Below are positions 51,304 to 63,716 of a stretch of 64,000 nt of DNA, piece after piece (within the stretch, counting starts at the first letter, position 1; each line of letters begins with the position of its first letter). Made by a program: the position numbers and the translations under genes. The stretch is from Selaginella moellendorffii (taxonomy: Eukaryota > Plantae > Lycopodiophyta), in assembly GCF_000143415.4 (NCBI RefSeq), contig NW_003314329.1:453421-517420 (forward strand). Direction: 5' to 3'. Below the pieces are notes generated by a model that worked only from the letters and a program-made list of their open reading frames with translations, ran no database searches and was not told where the DNA came from.

Positions 51304-52767
51304 ACACTTCCACGTGTCATGTGTTGGTTCTTTTTGGGTCCCTTTTTGGAGCCTTGCTTATTGCTCACTTTGTGCTCGCTCCTTGAGCACTTTGTTGGGA
51401 GTTCCACTCCCGCTCTCGACCTTTCAAGTCAGAGCTTTTAGTCCAAATGTGTTACGCTCGTTTGGCTTTCACTTCGGCCACTACCATGTGGCACCCTTTC
51501 CAGCTCCACTTTGGGGCTTAGGGATTTTGTGTCTCACAACTCCACCACCCATAGACGAAGTTCGATGTCCTCATCGAACGGTAAACCATTTTATAAAGTA
51601 ACACCCGCATGTGTTACCATTTCCATCCTTGGCACCTAGCCAATATTTGTCAATGTTTTGGCATTAAAGGCTCACCATGCCTTCTCCATATTCGTCAATG
51701 GTTTGACACCAAAGGCTCACCATGCCTTGCCCATCCTCTAAGGAGGATAGTCTCTCCAACTTAAAGACTCACTTGACCACTTGGGGTGGGTTGTCCCTTT
51801 TTATTGGTTCAGTCCTTGCTAAACCCGTTAGAGACACCTTCTCTAACTCAATTCCACTACTCATTCTTGAGTAATCACAGATTTCATTGATCTACCTTTG
51901 CACTTTGGAACGTTTACTTTTGACTTCTTGAAGTCAATTTCCTAGGTGTCTCCGACACCTTGCCTTGCACATTTTGTGCAACTCCACTTCCCCTCCTAGG
52001 AAGTTCTCTACTTGAGGGCACCCTCATCCTCTTTTCTATTTTTGTGCCACCATTGGCATTATGTTCCATTTATCATTATTTGTGCTAGGGCTGTCCTCAG
52101 GATAGGATAGTTGTGATGCCAACACACCCATAGGATAGTTGCTCCCTCACTTAGAGCCTTTCCTTTGCCAAATTGGAGCACTTGGGAATCCATCCTTGGA
52201 AGTCCACTTCTTTTTCCGCAATCCGTTAGCATCAAACACCTTAGTGTTCCTTGGCTAACTTTGCCACTTGGATTCTTTCCAATGGGTTCCACGGCCCCAG
52301 CTTGGGCACTCGTCTTTTGCTCCTATCCTTGGATTGTTGCACCAAGCAACATAGGATCATTACCTCCCTCTTGGATGTATTCTTTTGGTTCCATAGCAAA
52401 GGATCTGCTTTGCCCGAACTAGGGTGTTCACCCCTAATAAGTCTCCCCAACTGTTCTAGGCTCTCTTCCTAGCCCAACCTTGTGACCCACCCATGGGCTT
52501 GTCTCTAGAGACTATTTTCTTGAACTCATAATACCATTATATTGTAGTAGTTCATTTCCCTTAGGTGTCCTTCCCACTTAGTCACCTTGACCAAGCCACA
52601 CCTTTATCAATAGTTCAAATCAACACTTTGAACTAGGAATCATATTCCTTAACCCAAACAAAGACCTTGTCCTTGTTTAGCCATAAGATCACCTAGTGAT
52701 CTCATCTTGACCCTTTAATAGGTCTACCAATAGGAATTAGGTCTTCCCGACCTTACTAAGTTGTTGA

Positions 52768-53174
52768 CTATGACCTCGGGGGCATCCCCCACACTTGGCG
52801 GTGCGCCCAAGCTAGCCCTTCTGGCCAAGGATCCATAGCAACGGAGACTGGGTGTCCCCATCTCATTCACCACGTCCTTGGTGCCTTTTGCACCAAAGTC
52901 TTCAAGTTAGATATGCCGAGCTTTCACTCTAAGCAATCTAACCGTGCATCACGACTCCGAGGCATCCCTCGCTTGGCGGTGTGCCCAAACCAGTCTCCAC
53001 ACTGAGAGTCCATGACCACCGAAATATGAGTGTCCTCATATTCCAAACCATCACCACGCCCTAGTGAGTTGGGACTCAAACCCAAGCACTAGAGGGTCGG
53101 GACTCGAACCCAACCTCCGTATATGCATCTACGGACGGCATCACCCAGGATGCCTGGCGTGACTCCTTACGCCG
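52768..53174 (-). ncRNA. Putative structured RNA domain in the M 3' non-coding region (two cloverleaf-like repeats + five-hairpin cluster)
   Basis: Stem pairing is retained with different sequences between the two repeats. TTCGAGT T-loop hairpins. G-U wobbles favour the minus strand. Confidence 0.55.
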
Positions 53175-56100
53175 GTGCACCAACTTATACTCAAAGTGCG
53201 CTATAGATCACAGCTTAGGAACCTAGTTCCTCCACATTGCCAAGTCCTCTCATTTGACAAGTCTGTGATCATGCATGGACTCCTCCATGCTTGGCCCCAT
53301 GGCCCACCCTTTTTGAAGTTATCACCTTCAACTAGGGTATTTGTTCCCCTGACTTGCCAATCTCGCTTTGGCAAGTCCTCTGACCACTGTAACATGGTTC
53401 TTGCACAAGCGTGAAAGCCCTTGATCATCGACTTTCGTTCAAAGCCCTCTCTTTGAACACTCGGGAACTACTTCCCTAACCTTGATAGCCTTGCCTCATG
53501 GCAAGCTTCAAGACCACGCTTCTGCTGCGCCACTCTGATTTCGCGCGTGCTTTGAACCATTTACACTTGGCCTTTCTAGGTACTAAGCTACCTAGAATCA
53601 TCTTTGGGAACCTTGAAGGAACTCTGTCCCTTAGCTTGGTAAGGCCTCCCTTTTTGCAAGCTTTCCAATTACCATATAGTCTAACATGGACAATTCCATA
53701 TTTTAGACTCTCCATGGCATCACGGTTGCTAGCGGCAACACCTTCGAGCCCCCACTTGATTCTCCACTCCCAGCTGGCATAACCAACCTTGGTTATGCCC
53801 TTCGATTCCTATGGTTTGGTTCTACCCCCATACTTCTTGCTTTTGGCTTCACACCTTTCCTTCGGTCATTCTCCTTCAGACCAGGAAGATAGCTTTGCAC
53901 TTTCTATCAAGCCTTAGCAAGTATTCTTAGGGATGAACCTACCCGATAGCCTAGGGAGTGGTTCCTCAATCCAAGTATGCTCACCCTATAATCCCACACA
54001 CCGAGATTACGTTGTTGCTTATGGGCCTTTACATGCCCATCGCTAGCCTTGCCAAAATTCCATTTCTGGCTTTGTCCAATTCGAGTAGACAGTCTTCTCC
54101 TATCTCCGCCACCTTGGACATTTGGATAGCACCTTCTATCCATCATTCGCTAGGGACTTAGTCCCTTGGGCCTTATCTATTGCCCTCACGACATCAAACA
54201 CCACCTCCTGGTGTTCTAGAGTGTTTAGGTGTCAAAATGACGGCTTCCTTGACAATGAGTATTTCCTTTCATGATATTGACTTACTATATCGCAATATAA
54301 GCAACTTATCCCCCGTAAGGGTATATCCAATTTCCTTATGCCATTAAGAAAGCTTGGGTAGCTACCTTCTACCCATTTAACCAATTATTTTGCACCTCTT
54401 GCTTAGTTGCCTCATAGTTGTCAAGTCCTACAACTCATTGCTGGTGCTTCCACACCTCCATCATTATCTAGGTCACAACACTCCAACTGCATGCTCTGCA
54501 GCTTAGGCTATGCCATTCCCATTTCCATTGGGATTCCTTTGGCAAGGGGTTCTCATGAACCCACCAACATAGCCTCAAGGTATTACACCTTGGCACATTT
54601 GGTGTCTCCACACCATTGGCTCCACGAGCCTACCTCTATAACACTTCTTCTTTGTGCCTAAGTCTTTGCCAAGACCAATACCACTCTTTCTCATGCCAAC
54701 CATCCGTAGAGGTCACACACAACTTTGTTTCAAAGTTGTTTTCTTTTTGGGAACACCCTTCCCACGACTTTAGCATGGCACATTTTGCCATCGATGAGAT
54801 ACCCTCTGTTCTCATCCTTGGATCCCATGATCCCCCCCATCCTTCGTGGGGTACCACACACCTCAGTCCAAATGCTTCCATCAGTCTTTTAGGACCATTC
54901 CTTGACTCTACTTGAGTCATCCAGCAGTTTTGGACTTGGTTAATCCATAGACCCGTAAGGTCCTGCTTGTCAGGCACTAGCTCACTGGAATACACTTCTT
55001 GCATTCATGTCCTCACTCACAAGGACTATTTCCACAAGTGTTACTCCGACAGTTGATTTTGTTCTCTGGGGCAACTTTTGCCCCTTAGGACTACTTGTCC
55101 ATATGATGAGAATACCAACTCATCTCTAAGTACACCCCCCAACTCTTTGGGTTGTTCCAGCATTTATTAAAGGTAGCCCTGGCTACTATTTCAAGGACTA
55201 GCATCCTCTTCCATATTTGACCTCCCACGGTTATTACTTCTGGTCTCACATTCATGAGCACCAACCTCAATTATATGAGGATAAACTTGTGACTCCTTTA
55301 TTGCTTTGGAGTCTTTATCTTTCCCGTGATCCCAAATATAGTTGTTTACCACAACTACATTAGCCAGTTTGCTAAGTCAAACGCTCATCTAGATCACATC
55401 CTCAACTCTCTGAGGAAAACCACATACTGTTCCCAAGATCCCAAAGTCGTTCCCTTACTGGCCCCTTTTCTATCCACCACATCGTGCCCAAGTTCATGCA
55501 TGAACTCGAGTGGAGAGCCATGTCCTCTACGTGCTACTCCTCAAGGATAGGCCCACTCCTAGGACCTTTCGATGCCAATATCAATGGTGATATACTTGAG
55601 CACCAATAAAAGTTGGACTAAGGAACAGTTCCGATACCAAGTTGTAAACGACTAAATTTTTCATTCTACTTTAGTCACTTAACCACACCTCCGACCACTT
55701 GGAGGAGTCTCATTTCACAACCTCCATCAGTCCAATTCAAGACTTGGGACTTGCTAGCCCCAAGAATGGCATCCATGCCACTCAACACTTGCACCTGGTC
55801 CAAGTGCTCCACGTGTCCAGTCCCAAGACCAACACCCAAAGGTACCACTGACATCTCGGCCCGTTACGCTAAGGCCATGCCCATTCACCTTTGCTGCACT
55901 AGTGGTCCAATACCACTTGCATCACCATCCCGTCTCTCCAAGACTGGGCCATCTGTCCACGAGTGGTCATCCTAGATCCACTCCTTAGCATCCTTAGGAT
56001 GCCCACAGACCTGGGGAATTGCCTTCCCCAAAGTCCCTTGTCAATTCCTACCAAGTCCCTTTCTGCCCCTAGCCGTGTTTGCCAACACTGCCACTGGATC

Positions 56101-59100
56101 GAGGCCCACAGGCTCGACCACTAAGTCCTATGGTCCTCTGGGACTTCCTCACCACACGACTGTGTCCTTGGTCACTACCCCAGAGGACTGCTCCTCTTCC
56201 TTTCCACAGTCTAGGCCTTTGGGACAACATTTCGGAACACCATGGCCTTACGCGAGCCACCTGGGTACTCTCCCCGCCTTTCACCTTTAGGTGCTCTAGC
56301 CATGGGCTTAGAGCGAGGTTCCGTTGAGCCACACCTGGTATCCAAGTAGGTAGTGCCACCCACACTTGGACTGGGAGCATCGGCTAGTCGATCTCCCAAG
56401 GGAACTAGAGCCGGCTCTTGAACACTTCACCAAGCTACCCCGCTTGTCGGTCCGTATTCACTCTAGTCTTGGACTTCCCAGTGGTCAGTTCATCACCCAA
56501 CACTGGGTCTGGCCTTCCTGGGCCAAACTGGCCCTTCCTTTCCAAACTGGCTCCACTGCAGTCCTCCCCCTTACTATACTTTTGGAGCTCACCAAACCCC
56601 CCAGGGTCTGGGAGACGAACGCTTTGGGCTTTCACCCTCTCAGACTCGAACTCGGACTCGGACTCGGACTCAGACTCGGACTCGGGCTCGGGCTCAAGCT
56701 CGGTCTTAGCCTTGGCCTCGGTCTCGGTCTCGGTCCCGGTCTGGGTCCCGGTCTCGGTCTTGGTCTCGGTCTCGGTCTTGGTCCTGGTCTCAGTCTCGAC
56801 CTCGGACTCCATCTCGGGTCCTTCTCGGACTCCATCTTGGACTCCATCTCGGGCTCCGTCTCGGTCCATCTCGGACTCCATCTCAGGTCCATCTCGGACT
56901 CCGTCTCGGTCCATCTCGGACTCCACCTCGGACTCCATCTCGGCTCCATCTCGGACTCCATCTCGGGTCCATCTCAAACTCTGTCTCGGTCCACCTCGGA
57001 CTCCATCTTGGACTCCATCTCGGGTCCATCTCGGACTCCATCTCGGGTCCATCTCGGACTCCGTCTTTGTCCACCTCGGACTCCACTTCGGGTCCATCTC
57101 GGGCTCCATATCGGACTCCATCTCGGACTCCACTTCGGACTCCATATCGGACTCCACTTCGGGTCCATCTCGGACTCCAACTAGGGTCTGTCTCAGACTC
57201 CATCTCGGACACTTCCACGTGTCATGTGTTTGTCCTTTTTGGGTCCCTTTTTGGAGCCTTGCTTATTGCTCGCTTTGTGCTCGCTCCTTGAGCACTTTGT
57301 TGGGAGTTCCACTCTTGCTCTCGACCTTTCAAGTCAGAGCTTTTAGTCCAAACGTGTTACGCTCGTTTGGCTTTCACTTCGGCCACTACCATGTGGCACC
57401 CTTTCCAGCTCCACTTTGGGGCTTAGGGATTTTGTGTCTCACACCTTGGTAGATAGTTTGTATGATGCAAACTGAAAGGGATGTTAATTTTTTGAGGCTA
57501 ATGCAATTGAGTTGAATAGAGTCTAAAGTTGGAATAAAAAAATGGTTGTTGCACTTTTCTAAAAGGTGACCCTTATGCCTTTCTCCTATAAGCGTTATGC
57601 TTGGTAGCAGGTTACACCTTGTATTTCATTAAACTATATGAGAGTAGTGAGCTTTTACTTATCTTGACTTGGTCTTGGTAGTCTTGTGCCTTGGCTAAGG
57701 ATAGTGATGTCCAACTTAATTGTTTGAGGTTGAGATATTGGTACCCGTACTATAACTATGTCTATGAGGAAGTTGTGTACTAATATGAGTCCATCTCATG
57801 GTTTTCACTTTAGTTTCAATTGAGTGTTAATCATGTCTAGCTAGCCTCTTCAAAGCATGCTCAGAGCTATTGGCTAAACGCAATAGTGAGCTTATTGCAG
57901 TTGAGTTGGATTTGAATTGTCATTTTATTCATGCTTGTCCATAAGCCAATATCTTGTATTTGGGGTATTATGTTCATATTGGACAAGTATATAACTTGAT
58001 AATATGAGTTTAGTGTTTCGGTCTTATGAAGGTAAGTTGAAAATTGATTGTTGGTTGTTTTGCAACTAGTGATTGCTCGTAGATTTTGTCAAGGACTATT
58101 GACATTTGCTTTGCTCGATGATGATTTAGCAGTGATGGGCTTGCTTTACCAAATGGTGTTGCAAAGGGTTATGTCGTTAAACTTACATGGTTTTTCTATG
58201 TTGGCATATCAACTATACCTTTATCGATATCATTTGGTTGCATTTAGTCTATAGTGCTAGATTATACTGAGTCTTAGATGTGGTGAATCACTCTTTAATG
58301 ATGTGTTATCTATAGCTGAGTATTGTTGAAGAACTAGTCTCAGATACTAAATAAAGTATCTTTGACTTTGGTTAGCTTGGTTGTTAGGGAACTTTGAGTG
58401 GTGATTCACTTTTGCTTTTTTCTTACTTTGTTTTGGTGTTGATGACATTAAAGTGATGCTTTGTCATTAATATTATTGACAAGATTCAAGTGAGATGATA
58501 TGTCTCTCCATAGGATTGATATTGAGTTTCATTAGTCTCGATGTAAATAGTGTTGATGTTTGGGCTGTAGCTTTATGTTATTGGCATTTGTGCATTTACT
58601 AGTTAGCAATTGTATTGACATTCAAATAAACTAAGTGGCAAGTTAAGTTAGTTGTGTTTTAGACAAGATTGTTTAGTAGAGGTTGAGCTTTGAACTTTTC
58701 CTTGAAAAGTGATTCAATCATGGACTAGGCTAGCTTTAGGAGATGAAGAGTTAGTAATCAATATTGGAATGTTTAAATCCTTATTGGATTTGAGTTGGGG
58801 TATATTGATCATTGATGATTCTTTTTGTGCTTGTTGTAAAGTTGGTTATGTCTTGCTATAGATGGATTTATGGGGGATTATTTAGTGATCACTTGTTGAA
58901 CATAGCTTCAATATGCTTGGCTTTTAGATTGATGTAGACATGTTCTTCATTAGCTTTAGCATTATAAAGTTTAGTTTATGGATGTGTTAAGGAGGATATT
59001 AATGGTTGTACCATGATTTCTTCTTTAGCATTGAAGTTAATTCATGCAAGACTCGTGATTATTGTTAAGTAAGACTTAGCTATGGACTTCTTCAAACTTT

Positions 59101-60709
59101 TGGTTTCTTGAATTTTATGCTCATTGTTCCATTTGTTAGAAATTGTTGGGGAAGGCATTTTGGCTCATTAACTTTGATATTGAAGTTGGCTTCTGCATCC
59201 AACAATCATTGGTAATAATTGACTATTATCTTAGGATAGTTGATTGTTCTCATTAAGAGATTTTCTTGATTGTTGTTAATATAGAATGATATGTCATTCT
59301 TCGAGATGGTGGATTCTTTCTTTAATGATAATTATGCATCTCTTTTTTGATGGGAGGATTGATGATCTTTTGTGATGGTTAGTTGTTATCTTTTATGGCT
59401 TTTGGCTTTTCGCATTACCATATATTCTTTGTGGTTTGCTCTAGATTAGTCTTTTGGGTTTGAAATATCGATAGGATGTTGCTGACGCTTGCTTGAGCAA
59501 CTTTGGTTCCTTGGTATTATTGACCAGGATCTATTAAAATTGACTAATGTGTTAGTTAGTATGCACAAGTGTTTGTTGGCCTTATAGCATTCATTCTGTT
59601 TTGCTAATTGTTGCTACAATTGGTTTCTATAGATTGGATGCTATTTCCTTTAAGTGAAATATTCGATACAATTGGATGTTATTTGCTTTAGGTGATACAT
59701 TTGCCAGTATTATGCTTGCCAATCAATGATACTTTGTGTTCTTTTAGTTGTCTTTTGTAAGTTGTTTCGCATGCTATCTAACTTCTTTGATAGTTATATG
59801 TTATCATTGAGTTTTCTTGGTGATACACTTGCTATTGAATTTTGTTGGATAGTGAATCTTATGTTTTTCAACTATAGTGATCTTGGTGGTTCCTATATGC
59901 TAATACTAGTTTATCAGATGATAACTTACTTGGAATACTTTCGTGTTCTAAACTAAGCTTTATTCACTAATAATTAAGTCTCTAAAATATCATTGTCTAT
60001 GACTTTGATATTATCCATCTATTGATCTTTGAGTTTGGGATAGTATAGGCAAACTGGCTTCAGCACTTTGTATACATGGTGAAATCTTTAGTCATGGGGT
60101 AGCTACTGCCAACTGGTCACATCACTCGCCTCTTTGTCGATGTTCCTTATTCCGTTAAAAGAGCATAACCGTGTAAACAACTCTAACTGCCTATTTACAG
60201 TAGTTTATTTAAACTTTACCGATGGGTTTGGTTTCTTTGCTCATGAGAGTTGGGGCCTCTAGCTTCTCTCTCTATATCCCTGTGGGCAAAGGCATATCAC
60301 GCTTTTGTAAGCTGGGTGACACCCAGAGCAGTAAGGGTGGCTAACTCCATTAGTCATTTCCTTATCGGCAATGGTTGGAAGGTGTCTGAGCTGGTAGTGC
60401 ATCCACGTTAGACATAGAGGTTGCTTCCTAACTCATTTAAATTGGTGCATTTCTCACATAGTGTGATCACTGTGAACTTTTTCTGGAGTTATTTCCTTGG
60501 CAGTGCTCTAGACTAGAGTATGCATCAATGAGGACATTGATCTTCCCTAAGGGGAGGAGAGTGTCTTGAATATGACTTTAGGTATCAAAAGTTATATATC
60601 GGCCAGTCTTAAGCTCTATTTCGTTAAAGTGGGATTTATTCAGTAAAATGGGACTAGATACAAATTTTCAAGTATTTGAAAATGACGTGAAATTATATGT
60701 TTTTTGTCT

Positions 60710-63631
60710 AGGGGCTAGACATATCTGGGGCATGGTGACTAGCGCGGTGACTTTGTGTCCAGACTGAGTCCATCTGGTTGTATAATAAATCTCATTGTCA
60801 AGGTGAACAAGCCGAATCTGAAGTTACATTGAAGGAGTTAGTTTCCGCGTCCTCCTCTATATCAGTGATGCAGCGCCCCACTCATATCATTTGTTTTTTA
60901 TTACTAGGTCTGATAAGCACGACCATTCCTTTGCAGACCTGTACTGGATTGAATGTTGAATCTAGCTTCTTGTTCCTCGGCCCACAATAGTGATCCTCAA
61001 CATCGTTATCTGTCACTGCATTTCTAGAGGACATTGTTCTGCTACTATCTGGTGCTCTGGGTTCTGGCCAAAAGGACTCTTCCAATTCTTCATATACAAC
61101 CGGCCCATTTTGGATAGCAGATATAATCTTCTCCTAGTATTCGAGCAAAGGCTTGCACCTCTGAAAATAGGATTCTCCACCAAACACCAACCCCCTCTTC
61201 CAGAAGGCAATATGCTGTCTAATCCCGGCCACTATACTTTCCTGGTTTTTGAGTCCATCCGGGTGCATCGGCCGTGGGGAACCCTGAGGAATCATAGGTT
61301 CCCCAGTTATGGGATCTCTCTTGAAGAGTTCAATGCTGTCCACTGGCAGCCACACTGTGTCCCATTCTTTCATCTTGTACCTCATCACTGGAGCACCGTC
61401 ACGCATGCTGAAATGAAACTGAAGAGGCTTGGAGTGGCCAATCAGTGTTTCGGATTCGTCCCTGATGTAGCCTCTTACAAACCCCTTAAAGTCTGGAACC
61501 TCTGTCACAAGTGCAGCTTCAACAGTGCCTTTGATGCAATTTTGGAATTCATCGTAGAGTTGTGGGAGGGTGAGGACATTGGATCGCCGGAGGGACTCTG
61601 CCAGGTGACTGAACATGGCATCGACGTCTTCATGAGTGTGCCCAACCATGAGAAAGCCAAGTGTAACCATTTTAAATATGCCTTTGGCAACAAGCATCGC
61701 CAAGTACGCGAAGACGTACATGTTTTTGTTCTCACTGCCAGCATTGTCTATTTGGAGCAGAAGATGGGGTGGAAGGCCACATCGGCCACAAGAACTTCCT
61801 TGAGATTCTGCTTCATTTGGATGAGGCTGTGCATTCACCGGGCGACCAGCCTCGTCGGAATGGCATGAGGCCTCACGTGATAACCCTACAATCTGACGGC
61901 CAACATATTCACTGGGATGGCATGGGGCCCCACACGATACTGCAAGCCTTTGCTCCTCCTCCAGCTGAACCCTGTATGGGGTTCGATCGACAAGGGCCTT
62001 ATGCAAGGGTTGGCTGTTCAGCTCAGTCTGCGCACTTTGCAGAAACCTTAAGTGTTTTGCTAGGGACGCAATCATCATGTTTGCACCCCCACCACCCCAT
62101 AGAGGTACAAAGAAGTTCCCATAGTTCTGGGCACCATGCCCATGAGCGATTATGCCAAACAGAGACATAGGCAGCTGCATGGATGAAGAGATTGCCTTGG
62201 GGGCAGGATTGAGTCGAGGTAAGCACGTCTTTTTCTAGTCCATTTGTCGTGGATGATGTAGAGGTAAGAGTCAGGTCTCTCCATGGAGAGAATCCTGTTA
62301 TGATAATATGCAGTCCTGCAGCTTCTCTGCTTGATGTTGTGGTCGAGCCGCCTTCTAACCAACGTCTCTCGCTCTTGAGCGATGCAAGAATTCTTCGACA
62401 AAGCCATTTTGATAGCAGTGCACTCGTCACACTTTGAGAAGCTGGAGTACTTTCCTATACTCACATCCCTGAACCTATTGCTCCACAATCTACTAAATCT
62501 AGATTGGCTCAGCTTCCTGTAGCCATTACTCTAGAGTTCCCGATTCACATCTTCCAATATGGCCCCCTTGGTATACATGGAAGGGAGAACTCGTTGGGTG
62601 TCTCGAGTTCCATCTTCCAAGAGGCGGGTTTTATGTGGTTGCTGCTCGCTACATGTCTCGACAAACCTCTTGAAGATTGCCTCTCCATATACAACATGAC
62701 CCCTGGTTTTGTGCGTACCGTTGTTCCCATGGATTGCCTGTTGAACCCTTTGTTCCTCGAACTCAGTTTTGATTCTGCAGACCAAACCCCTCTGGAAGAC
62801 CATGCCCCCCACCTGATGTTCTGAAGCATCAACAGATGACCGTAATGCCTCATACACAAAATTGCGAGCTGTCTTCCAGGACAATGTCTTGTATCTTGCT
62901 CTCTCCTCTTCAATAGCATCCCAATTAGCATGTTGACAGCACCTCCTCTTGCAACAAGCAACTGTCGAGACCATTTGAACCTCAATTGCCATTTTCTGCC
63001 TTTTCGGTTCGTTGTTCAGATCCCTTTGGCTGCGCTTTAGGAAGGTGTACTTTCTTTTCCCATGAAGAGATGTTCTGTCATCAGTTGTAGTGGTGTTTGA
63101 TTGTGAATCCTTCACATTCTCAAACACTAAGTGCCTCAATTTCCACCGCACAATGCTTCCAATAGTCAGACTATTTTCTTCTGTGTCAACAACCTCTAAA
63201 ATCGCAACTCCAATATCATCCCAGCCCAATTCTTGATTAGCAACCGCATCTCTTGGATCAACAACTGTGGCTAAGCCCTCAGCTACCACCTCCCCCTCGG
63301 GGTTGTTTAGAAACACCTTTGCCTGAATCCATGTAGCACGGTTCTTAAGATCCACGGAGGGAACATGCGTCGCACTTGCGCTATCCCTAACATCTGCTTT
63401 CTTCTGAAGATTTTTCAAGGCAACAACAACATTTACCCCGACGACCATCTCTCCTCGTTCAATAGCGACCACATTCCCATCAAAGACAGTCTCTACTGAT
63501 ACAGTAGCATTGCCTTCCCCAAGCCTTTGACAGTGTATAACAAAGTTCCGATCCATAGACACAAGGGTCTCTTTTGCAACTCTCTTCCCACCATTCAAAA
63601 TGTAAACTTTTTCCCCAACCCTAAAGGCCAT
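60710..63631 (-). pseudogene. Sola-like / DUF7869-type DDD transposase pseudogene with tandem TnpA(Transposase_23)-like N-terminal domains
   Basis: FSKCDEC; IIHDK(M)D.KKT.LP; LLLQIDNAGSENKN..VFAYLAMLV..GIF..VTLGFLMVGHTHEDVDAMFS. ORFs 62531-63631, 62150-62488, 61134-62180 and 60882-61085 join through single stops and one frameshift at ~62243. Confidence 0.8.
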
Positions 63632-63716
63632 TCTGAAAGTGCAGAAAAGAAGTTAAGACCATACAAAAAATGATTGGAGAATGGCCTAAATCATAACATA
63701 CCAAACAACCTCAATA

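Larger units (their letters stand above)
49758..57443 (-). mobile_element. Non-autonomous Gypsy-derived LTR element, family M, full length (7.7 kb)
   Basis: LTRs 55643-57443 (5') and 49758-51538 (3'). TSD CCTTA/CCTTG. PBS TGGTATCGGAAC on the minus strand (55628-55639). PPT GGGTGGTGGAG at 51540-51550. The 4.1 kb interior lacks long ORFs. Confidence 0.9.
41248..60610 (+). mobile_element. Tandem of two family-L internal regions: LTR (41248-~42338), internal, deleted middle LTR end (~47740-47852), internal, truncated 3' LTR (60562-~60610)
   Basis: PBS-like tagtatcagagg at ~42340 and tggtattagagg at ~47855. Internal sequences are colinear with 32501-37402. PPT aggggaggagag at 60550-60561. Confidence 0.8.

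Noticed and set aside
50480-51601. Long ORFs in M LTRs (also 45522-46283 and 56366-57452)
   Set aside because: Open in many frames on both strands because the minisatellite lacks stops; low-complexity translations.
55700-55740. Hammerhead ribozyme (retrozyme) in the M LTR
   Set aside because: The minus strand has CTGATGG rather than CTGANGA, and no proper helix II or III could be built.
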